Shown: piece after piece, positions 1-9,100 of the stretch
Position numbering within the stretch: the first letter of the stretch is position 1
Layout of the letters: every line of letters starts with the position of its first letter
Source of the DNA: Pyxidicoccus caerfyrddinensis
Lineage (GTDB): Bacteria > Myxococcota > Myxococcia > Myxococcales > Myxococcaceae
Direction: 5' to 3'
Length of the DNA stretch: 64,000 nt
NCBI RefSeq assembly: GCF_010894405.1
Contig: NZ_JAAIYA010000026.1
Span: forward strand, 111,494 to 175,493
Notes under the pieces: generated by a model
Databases searched by the model: none
Seen by the model: only the letters and a program-made list of their open reading frames with translations
What the model was told of the DNA's origin: nothing
Translations under genes and position numbers: made by a program

Positions 1-1496
1 ACCAGCGGCAGGCCCCACACCGTGGGCGCGTAGAGGTACGTGAAGAACAGGTAGCCGTCATACGCGTCGCGCGTGGTGGCCAGGTGATTCAGCAGCCCCG
101 GGCACAGCGGGCCCTGCTCCGCCACCCACTGCTCCTCGCGCAGCCGCTCGTTGGGCTTGTCGAACACCTGCCGCGACAGCCCGTTGAAGCCCCGGATGTT
201 GCGCGCCCGCGTCGACGGGAAGCGCAGGACCTTGATGCCGTCCACCTCGTCCGGTCCGGGCGGGAAGACGTTCTCCCAGGACAGGTGGTTCTTCGCGCAC
301 GTGGTCAGCACCGTGAGGTCCCAGTGCGGGGCCAGGTGCTCGGCCATCTGCGCGGCCAGCTTCTCCGCTCCGCCCGTCACCTCGCCGTAGCGCTGCACCA
401 CCAGCGCCACGCGCGGGCGCTTCGGCGCCTTGCGCGCTCTCGGCGCGTGCGGCGTCAGGAACCCGTCCAGAGCGCGGGAGAGGGCACTCTGCGCGGACGT
501 CGCGGAGAAGTGCTCCAGCCGGCGCTTCTGTCCGGCGAGAACGGGCTCGCGCAGGGACAGATCCTCGCTCAGGTCCACCGCCAGTTCCGCGAGGAAGGCG
601 AAGCGCTTCTGGTCGAAGGCCACCCCCGCGCCGCCGAGCGTCTCCGGTACCGCCGCAGCCGCATACGCCAGCACCGGCACCTCGGCCGCCATGGCCTCGA
701 TGAGCGGGACGCCGAAGCCTTCGTGCTCGCTCATGGAGACGAAGACGGACGCGGAGCGGTACGCCGCCACGAGCTGCGCGTGGCTCAGTCGTCCCAGGAA
801 GTGCACGCCGCTCAGGCCCTTCGCTTCACGCTGGAGCGCCTTGAAGTAGCGGCTGCCCGGCTCGTACCCGCCCACCATCAGCAGCCGCGCCTGGGGCCGC
901 AGCCGCAGCAGCTCGCGGTGCAGCGTGATGAAGTCCTCGAAGCGCTTGTGCGGCATCACCCGGCTGACGCCCAGCAGCACGGGGCCGGGGCCGGCGAGCT
1001 GCCGCAGCATCTTCGGGTCCGCGTTGTCCCGGCTGAAGCGCTCCGGTTCGATGAACAGCGGCACCGTGTGGACGTTGCGGTAGCCCGCCGCGCGCAATTC
1101 CGCGGCGTTGAAGGCCGACACGCCGATGGCCACGTCCGCGAAGGGCGCCATGGCCGCGAGCTGGGCACGCCCCGCCACCAGCGCATCCGCCAGCGGCAGG
1201 CCCGAGTAGAAGCGCGCGGGGCTGATGTTGTGGAACACCACGCCGCGGCGGCAGGGCAGGTGCATCAGCCGGCTGCTCAGCGGCGAGGCGATGCCGTGGT
1301 GATAGAGCACCAGGTCATCGGGCTGGGGCCGCAGCGCGGAGGCGGGGCTGGCAAGACCCTCCAGGCCCGCGCCCACCTCGTCCGCGTACAGCGCGCCCGC
1401 GTGGCCCATGCGGCGCAGCAGCAATTGGAGGTGCAGCGCGGCCTGCCCGGTGGCGTCGCCAGGGACGAAGCTGGGTATCAACTGGTGGATCGCCAT
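1..1496 (-). CDS. Two-domain glycosyltransferase (GT1/GT4-like); 3' end runs off the left window edge
   Basis: Absent from the ORF track because it has no stop in the window. My translation from the ATG (complement of 1494-1496) reads MAIHQLIPSFVPGDATGQAALHLQLLLRRMGHAG... with no stops. It contains the GT1 signature EHEGFGVPLIEAMAAEVPVLAY, then a second GT-like N-domain (RVALVVQRYGEVTGGAEKLAAQMAEHL). G/C third-position bias fits this frame. Confidence 0.75.
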   Translation of the reverse strand, partial: MAIHQLIPSFVPGDATGQAALHLQLLLRRMGHAGALYADEVGAGLEGLASPASALRPQPDDLVLYHHGIASPLSSRLMHLPCRRGVVFHNISPARFYSGLPLADALVAGRAQLAAMAPFADVAIGVSAFNAAELRAAGYRNVHTVPLFIEPERFSRDNADPKMLRQLAGPGPVLLGVSRVMPHKRFEDFITLHRELLRLRPQARLLMVGGYEPGSRYFKALQREAKGLSGVHFLGRLSHAQLVAAYRSASVFVSMSEHEGFGVPLIEAMAAEVPVLAYAAAAVPETLGGAGVAFDQKRFAFLAELAVDLSEDLSLREPVLAGQKRRLEHFSATSAQSALSRALDGFLTPHAPRARKAPKRPRVALVVQRYGEVTGGAEKLAAQMAEHLAPHWDLTVLTTCAKNHLSWENVFPPGPDEVDGIKVLRFPSTRARNIRGFNGLSRQVFDKPNERLREEQWVAEQGPLCPGLLNHLATTRDAYDGYLFFTYLYAPTVWGLPL

Positions 1497-1526
1497 GCGC
1501 GCCCTGCCTATCACACGAGTCGTGCT

Positions 1527-2630
1527 ATGAGGCGCACCGTGTCCACCGGCCCCATCGCCTTCGACGCGACGCTCTGGGACGAGCCGACCACCGGCATCGG
1601 CCTGTACACCCGTTGTCTGGCCTCCGCCCTGGAAGGGCTGGACGTCCGCCTGGAGAAGCTGGGCGCGCACGGCTCCGGCGAGCACCCCCGCGGCGACGTG
1701 GGCCGCACCTCGTGGACGCTCGGCCGGCTGCCCCGGTTGCTCCAGCGCGTGGGCGCGCCGCTCTACCACGCGCACGGCAACTTCAACCTCCCGCTCACCC
1801 GCGTGCCCGGCACCGCCTACGTGCTCACGGTGCATGACCTGATTCCGTTGCTGATGCCGGAGACGGTGTCCACCGCGTTCCGCTGGCAGTTCCGCCTGTG
1901 GCTGACGCGCAGCGTGTCCCTGGCGGCCCGCGTGGTGTGCGTGAGCGAGCGCACCCGTCAGGACCTGCTGGCCCGCATCCCCGAGGCGGAGTCGCGCACC
2001 GTGGTGGTGCCCAACGGCGTGGACCACGTGCACGCGCCGGTGCTGGATGCCATCAGCGTGGACTTCCTGCGCGCCCTGTCGCTGCCGAAGGACTACGTGC
2101 TCTACGCGGGCTCGCTGGACGTGCGCAAGAACGTGGACCTGGTGCTGGACGCCATGGAGCGACTCCGGGAGCGCGGGCGTCCTGTGTCGCTGGTGCTGGC
2201 GGGACAGAGCTGGTTCGGCTCGGGCCGGGTGGAGAAGCGCATCGCCCGGATGCGCTCCGAGGGGCATGACCTGCGCTCGCTCGGCTACCAGGCGGACCCG
2301 GTGTTCTACGAGCTGATGCGCCGCGCGGCCGTGTTCGTGTTCCCCTCGCGCTACGAGGGCTTCGGCCTGCCGCCGCTGGAGGCGATGCACCTGGGCACGC
2401 CCACCATCGTCTCCACCGCGGGCTCGCTCCCGGAGGTCTGCGGCGACGCGGCCCTGGCGGTGCGGCCGGAGGACGCGGAGGGGCTCGCGCAGTCCATCGA
2501 GCGCCTGCTGAAGTCGCCCGAGGAGCGGCGGGCGCTGGCGGAGAAGGGCCGGGAGCGGGCGGCGAAGTACACCTGGAAGCGGACCGCCGAGGCGACCCTG
2601 GCGGCGTACGAGGCCGCGCTCCAGCGTTGA
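1527..2630 (+). CDS. Glycosyltransferase family 1 (GT4-like)
   Basis: C-terminal 367 aa of track ORF 84..2630, starting at the in-frame ATG 1527 (MRRTVSTGPIAFDATLWDEPTTGIGLYTRCLASAL). GT1 motifs: FVFPSRYEGFGLPPLEAMHLGTPTIVSTAGSLPEV. The upstream part of the track ORF is antisense to the neighbouring gene. Confidence 0.85.
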   Translation: MRRTVSTGPIAFDATLWDEPTTGIGLYTRCLASALEGLDVRLEKLGAHGSGEHPRGDVGRTSWTLGRLPRLLQRVGAPLYHAHGNFNLPLTRVPGTAYVLTVHDLIPLLMPETVSTAFRWQFRLWLTRSVSLAARVVCVSERTRQDLLARIPEAESRTVVVPNGVDHVHAPVLDAISVDFLRALSLPKDYVLYAGSLDVRKNVDLVLDAMERLRERGRPVSLVLAGQSWFGSGRVEKRIARMRSEGHDLRSLGYQADPVFYELMRRAAVFVFPSRYEGFGLPPLEAMHLGTPTIVSTAGSLPEVCGDAALAVRPEDAEGLAQSIERLLKSPEERRALAEKGRERAAKYTWKRTAEATLAAYEAALQR

Positions 2631-2651
2631 GACAGTGACGCGGTCTGGAGG

Positions 2652-3191
2652 ATGCGCATGCGAAAGCTGAGCTGGAGTGGCTTCGTGCTGTTCGGTCTGC
2701 TCGCCGGTTGCGCGAGCACGCCGGTGAAGGAGGAGCCGTCGGACGCCACCACGGAGGAGCGCCGTGAGGCGGAGGGCGGGGAGGAGGCGGAGGAGTCCAT
2801 CAAGAACACCACCTCCGAGGAGGGCAAGGCGCCCGTCCAGCCCATCATCGTGAGCGCGAGCCCGCAGGCGAAGGACCTCATCCGCATCGAGGGCATGCGC
2901 ATCCTGCGGGGCGTGCTGGACGTGAGCGTGTCCCACGGCGGCGGCTGCAAGGAGCACACGTACGCGCTGGCCTGGGACGGCACCTTCACCCAGGGCACGG
3001 ACGGCACGCCGGTGGCGAACCTGGTGCTGGTCCACGACGCCCACGAGGACCGCTGCAAGGCCATGAAGTACGCGACGCCGCGCTTCGACCTGGCGCCCAT
3101 CACCCAGGCCTTCCAGCAGAAGTACGGCAAGTCCACCGGCGCGGTGGACCTGGCCCTTCCGGGACAGGCCACCCTTCGCTACGAGTTCTGA
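2652..3191 (+). CDS. Lipoprotein of unknown function
   Basis: Signal peptide plus lipobox: MRMRKLSWSGFVLFGLLAGC/AST. GGAGG at 2647-2651 favours the second ATG at 2658 as the true start. An acidic low-complexity linker precedes a Cys-containing globular domain. The 3' end overlaps the convergent giant gene by 13 nt. Confidence 0.7.
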   Translation: MRMRKLSWSGFVLFGLLAGCASTPVKEEPSDATTEERREAEGGEEAEESIKNTTSEEGKAPVQPIIVSASPQAKDLIRIEGMRILRGVLDVSVSHGGGCKEHTYALAWDGTFTQGTDGTPVANLVLVHDAHEDRCKAMKYATPRFDLAPITQAFQQKYGKSTGAVDLALPGQATLRYEF

Positions 3192-6100
3192 GGCGGCGGC
3201 TTCGGAAGCTCGGTGACGCCGGGGATGTGCGTGGCGCCGGACTGCGTGAGCTTCTGGATGTCGTAGCCGCGCAGCGTCCCGGTGCGGACCGTGTCGCGCC
3301 AGTGGAAGACGGCGCGACGGCGGACCACCTCGGTGCGGAGGTCCTCCGGGCAGACCAGCTCCACGCGGGCGGGCGCGGGGCCCCAGGCGAAGCGGGCGCA
3401 CTCCACCTGCGGGTCTCCCTCCACGGGCTGCTGGCGGCGCAGCAGCGCGTAGGCCGCCTCGGGCACGGGTGTCACCGGCTCGGCGGTGATGCCCACCGTG
3501 AGGAATATGTCCTTGTTCTCGGTGACGCGCGACGAAGCCTCCGGCAAGGCCTTCAGGGTGAGCTTCAGCATCAGTGCCTCGCCCGGGCCGAGCACCGCGG
3601 GCTCCGTGCCGTCGCGCAGGTCCAGCAGCGATACCTCGCGCAGGCGCTCGGGCGCCACCGTGAGCGCGGGGGTGTCCACGCCGTCCTCGCGGACGCTCAG
3701 CGGCCGGGTGACTCCGCCCGGGCCCACGCGCAGCAGGGACAGGAGCGCCGGAAGCCCCGTCGTACCGTCGTCCCAGTCGAAGCGCAGCGCCATCCGGCTG
3801 TCCGGGTTGTACTCGCCACGGTCCGTGGCCAGCGTCACCGCGTGCAGAGCCTTCTGCGTCCCGTCCAGCGTCTTGACCAGCTGGGTCGCCCGCCGCGTCG
3901 TCGAGGCGAGGTGGCGGTTGTACTCGGGGTCCTCGAAGTGGAGGAACACGGGTTCCAGCGGCAGCGGCAGCACCCCCGGGTCCACCACCCGCAGCGGGAA
4001 GGTGAGCGTCTGGATGAAGCCCTCCGCGCCCGTCACGCGGCCGACGCGGGCGTGCACCGCAAGCACCCGGCCGGGCGCGAGGCGCTGGGAGAAGTCCGCC
4101 CGCACCTCCTCGGCGGAGCGTCCTCCCGTCCCCGCCAGCTTGAAGCCCAGGCGCCCTCCCTCCGCGGGCTCGGCGGGGCCGTAGGCGAACACCTTCCCGT
4201 CCAGCGGAATCTCCAGCGCGAGCGTCCAGTCCGCCAACGAGGCCCCCGCGTTCACGTCCGCCGACAGCGTCAGCGTGCCATCCCAGCTGGCGGGGATGGC
4301 ACCGTGCAGCGGGGCTTCCAGGACGAGCCGCAGGCGGTGGACGGGGCCGTCACCGAACGACGCGATGAAGGCCTCGTCCGCCGGAGAGGCCGTGGCCAGG
4401 ACGCTGTGCCCGGGTTCGAAGTGGCTGGCCCAGGTGCGCAGCGCGGCGCCGGGGTGCCGCGCGTCATTCTCCCGCAGCGGCACCGGGCGTGGCACGCGGT
4501 GCTGCACCGGGATGCTGCCGGAGACCATGCCCTGCCCGCGGTGGGCCTCGTCCCGGGTGGGGTCCAGCCCGGCCTGACGCAGGAGCTGGTGGCGCATGGC
4601 CAGCATCACTCCCGGCCGCGAGCCCGTGAGGTGGAAGCGCACCGTACCGGGCAGCACCGGTTGCCACCGCTTCATCCGGTCGGGCTCGTCCACGTTGAGC
4701 AACACACGCGGGCTCATCAGGGGCAGGGGCAGCTGGGGCAGCACCGGCAGCAGGCCCTTGATGGCGCGGGCGCGGAACAGCGGCGGCAGGCCCGCGGTGG
4801 GCCCGGCGGCGCTCGTGGCGGAGCGGAACTGCACCTGGTGCTGGAGCGCCTGCCACCACAGCGAGAAGGGCTTGTCGGGCACGCCGTCACGAGGGCCCAG
4901 CGTGCCCGTCGCCCCCTCCTGCTCGTGGGTGTAGTGCACGGTGGTGCGCAGCGCGCTCAGGCCCCAGGGCCAGTCGCGCGGCGATTGCTGCTGCGGCCCG
5001 CTCGCGGGCCGGTGGGCGCGGTGGATGGGCTGGACGCCGGTGACTTGCGGCGGCGCCAGCTCCAGGGGGCGCACCTCCTGGGGCAGCTCCTGGCCGCCGA
5101 AGTGCCCGTCGCGGAAGCGCAGCCGCGCCGGGGGCGAGCGCAGCTTGAGCACGCGCCGCGACAGGCCTCCCGTGCGCTCGAGTCCGGGGACGAGCGAGAA
5201 GGAGTAGGCGGTGGTCAGCACCGCTTCGTCCTCGCCCGACGCCACGGTCCGGTAGACCTCCCGGAACCGCAGCACGGCGAGCGGCGACTCGGGGGTGAGC
5301 CGACGGTGCATCTCCCGCGCCCAGGCGATGGCGGAGGCGCGGACCGCGTCGAGGCCCTCTCCGCCCTCCTTCACGTGGCTGGCGGCGGGCAGCAGGGCGC
5401 GGCGCGTGCGGTCCAGGCAGAGCAGCTCCACCACCACCAGCTCCGGGATGTCGTCCTCGCGAGGGGCCGCGGGGCGGAAGCCGAGGCCGAGGTAGGGGCT
5501 CACGGCGAGGCTCATCGGCGCGCGGACGGCATCCGCGCGCGGCGCGAGCGCGGTGGCGGCGGGGAAGCGGCGCGTCCCGGTGGCCGTCGACGGCCGGAGC
5601 CAGCCACCGCTCACGAGCTGGAGCGCGGTGAGCAGCCAGCCTGACGGCAGCGGCGTGGAGCTGCCGCGTTGTGTGAGTACGGCCTGGAGCGCGAGGAGCG
5701 CGTCCGGGCGCCACTGGAGGCGCGCCTGGCCCGGCAGCGGGTCCACTCCTCCGGAGGCCTTGGGCTGACCGGGCGGATAGGCGTTGCGGACCGGGTCGAA
5801 GGCGTACTGGAGCGCCGTGGCCCGGCTGAGCCTTGCGGGCGTCTCCGGCCTCGCGGCCAGCACGCTCTGGAGCGTGTCGAAGCGGGGCTCCGGCAGCGGG
5901 TGCTGCACTCGGAACCAGCTCTCCTCCAGCGACAGCGGGTCCAGCCTCGACCAGCTGCGCGCGCGGGCGGTGTCCAGGCTGGTGAAGGTGACGGCGGCGG
6001 CCTTGCGGTCGGCCCAGCCGCTCAGCGCCAGGGCCAGCGGGGGCAGCGCGGCCGGCTGCTTGCGCCGGCGCTCCAGGTTCAGCACCGGGTCCACCTGGAG

Positions 6101-9100
6101 CTGCGAGGCCGGGCCGGACGGGGCCTCCAGCCCGTCACGCGTCCGGTCCTGCAGGCGCCCGAGGAAGGGCACCACCAGCAGCAGCCAGCGCGGGTCCGCC
6201 GGGTCCGTGGGGCCGTAGTCCTGCGGGTTGCTCAGCAGGGCCTGCTGCGTGCCGCTCGGGAGGAACTGGAGCGTCGTGGCCGCGGTGGCCTTCACGGGCT
6301 CGCCCTTCACCCAGTGCAGCGCGGTGGCCTCCACCAGCAACGTACCGGCGGGCAGCGCGGCCAGCTCCGGAGCGCTCCCTCCCGCGAGCATCGTCCGGAC
6401 CTCCTGCCCCAGGTAGCCCGCGAGCACCTCGCCCACGGGGTCCACGTCGTCGGTGGGCGAGACGGCATGCAGGTCGCTGTCCTTGAAGCGCTGGAGGAAG
6501 GCCTTGAGCCCGGCGGGCGAGGCGATGCGCACCTCCTGCAGCGCCGTCCAGCGTCGGTCGTTGGACAGGCGCGGCGTGGTGAAGCCTTCACCCGGCGCCA
6601 CGTCCACGAGCTGGTGCTCCACCACCGCGAGGAACTGCCAGGACCTGCCGTCCGACAGGCGGAACAGCAGGTCTCCGGCGCTCACCTCGAAGGCGTCCCG
6701 TGGCAGCGCGTGCTGGTTGAAGAGGATGCGCGCCGTGTGTCGGACGTGGGCCAGTGGCACTGCCCCCGCCGCGGCCGGGACGGTGAGCGTCACCTTCGAC
6801 GCGTCGTACTGGAGGCTCGCCGGGTAGGAGAGGAGGTCCTTCACCTCCAGGTAGCCGTTGAGCAGCAGCGTCTCCGTCCAGGTGCTGTCCCGCGACTGGC
6901 CGGTGTAGCCGAACACCAGGTCGCCCGCGGAGGAGCCCGCCACCTGCGCCAGCGTGGGCTGCGCCGGGAGCGGCTCCGCCTGGAGGAAGGTGCCCCAGCG
7001 GCAGCTCAGCAGCGCCTCCACGAACGAGGTGCGCAGCCGCAGCGTGGGGACGTCCACCACGCCGGTGGCCGGTAGCAGCACGTCGAAGGACAGCGCCACG
7101 AAGCCGGGCGCGTCCTGGCCCACCAGCGACATGCCGGGAAGCAGCTGCAGGCCCGAGCTGCCCGGAGAGGGCATGGGCGCGCGGTAGCGGCTCCAGGTGA
7201 GCTGGAGCGCGCCGGGGCCGGTCTCGAGCGCCACCTCCGGTGGGGGCCGCTCCAGCTCCAGGTCGTCCAGCAGGAAGCCCGACTCCCAGATCGCCCTTCC
7301 CCGGCCGGGAAACGTGACGGCCGCCGCATCCTGACTGGTGCCCACCACGCCAAAGCGCACGCCCGCGCGGAAGGCCGAGCGCGCCACCGGGGTGGCCGTG
7401 GGACGGACCGCGCCTGGCGCGGTGGCTCCGGGCACCACCGGCACCCAGCGCACGGGCCGGGTCCGCGGGCCCGGCGGCATCTCCTGGAGGGCGCGGCCCA
7501 GCCGCACGTCCACCAGCAGCGACACCCGGTACTCGAGGCCGCGCGGGTCCAGCTCCACGGCGACTTCCTTCGGTGACAGCGGCTCGGCCGCGTCCAGCTC
7601 GGCCGGCACCATGCGCACGGAAAGCGGGGACGCCTTCCCGGTGAAGGTGAGCGCGGGCAGCGGCACGTTCCAGGTGGCGCCGAACAGCAGGAAGGCGAGC
7701 TGCACGCCGTCGACGCGGAGCCCGTCCTTCTCCGGTGTGAGGGCCGCGGAGCGGACGGTGAGGCGCGGGGCGTCTCCCAGCTCTCCGTTCGCGAGCTCCA
7801 GCGGCCATTCGCACTCCGCCGGAGCGCCCGGGGACGCCTCCAGCGCCGCCGCCGTCAAAGCCAGCCCGCCGCCGGACGGCGGCCGCTCGAAGGTGAGCCG
7901 GAGCGCGTTGCCCAGGTCCACCAGCTCTCCGCCGCCGGACAGGGGCAACTGCACGCGGCCCACCAACTCCAGTCGCGTCACCCCGGCGGCATCGAGCCGC
8001 ACCCGCTCCAGCGTCAGCGGGTAGAAGCCCAGCCCGAAGAGGGTGAAGGCGTCGACGTCGGTGGGCGGCGCCAGGCGCCACTCGTAGCCGTTGAGGACGT
8101 TGTGCTCGCGCGAGCCCGCCTCGGGGTCATTCACGTCCTGCGCGGCGGCGGAGCGGGTGCTGTCGCGCCGGAACTCACCCGCCGCGGCCGGCAGGTCCCT
8201 GAACCAGAGGCCCCACGTCAGCGCGCCACCCGTGATGGGGTCCTTCCCCAGGCCCAGCGTCACCGCCTCCAGCGTGGACACCAACTCCACCGCGGCGCCG
8301 CCCTCCAGGCGCACCGCCGTCCGCAGCTGCGTGCCCACGAGGCGCGTGGCCTTGCGCCACAGGCCCCGCTGGTCCCTCAGCCCCTCGCCGGCCTTCGCAT
8401 GGGCAGCCATGCTGCCCGCCACCAGCGTGTACGCGTCCGCGGAGGGCGTGCCCGCCGCGAGCCGGATGCCTCCGTCCGCGCTCTCGAAGCGGCCGGTGAA
8501 GCCCTCCAGGGCGGCCTCGCCCTTCAGCTCCACCGAGGCCGCGGGTGCTCCCGCCGCGTTGGCCACCACCAGCGAGCCCGGGTACGTGCCCAGCGCCAGC
8601 GTGGGGCTCACCGTCCACGTGTGCGGCTCCACCAGCCCCTGGACGCGCACGGCGCCGCCGCTGGAGGAGAAGGCGTCCACCGCGTCGGCGCTCGCCAGGA
8701 CGGCCAGCTCCGAGAGGCGGGACCAGTGGTCCGCCAGCGTCTCGCGAACCAGTGGCCGGGGCGGCTCCGGCGGCGAGTCATCCGCTGTGGGGGTGACTTC
8801 GTCCGGGCGGCGCGTGGGCGGCTTCAGCCGGGCCAGGGCCTGCGGTTCGTCCGTGTACGGCAGGTCCAGGCGGAGCTGCACCGGCAGGGTGGTGCCGGCG
8901 TCCAGCGGCAGCCCGGAGGCATTGGCGCCCGGCTTCAGCACCAGGCCTGGCAGCGACAGCGACACGAGCGGCAGGTCTGGCCTCCCCTTCCACTCGCACG
9001 CGGGGACCTGGGGCCCCCGTGCCCGGGGCCACGCGGCGGCGCCGTTCGTCCCGGTGACGCCGAAGCGCCAGCCCGAGGGAAGGGTGAGGCCGTTCATCTC

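Noticed and set aside
84-1526. N-terminal 481 codons of the 848-aa track ORF (84..2630, plus strand)
   Set aside because: The translation is Arg/Ala/Gln-rich nonsense. It lies antisense to a clean GT1-motif-bearing frame on the minus strand. Only the part from ATG 1527 is a real glycosyltransferase.
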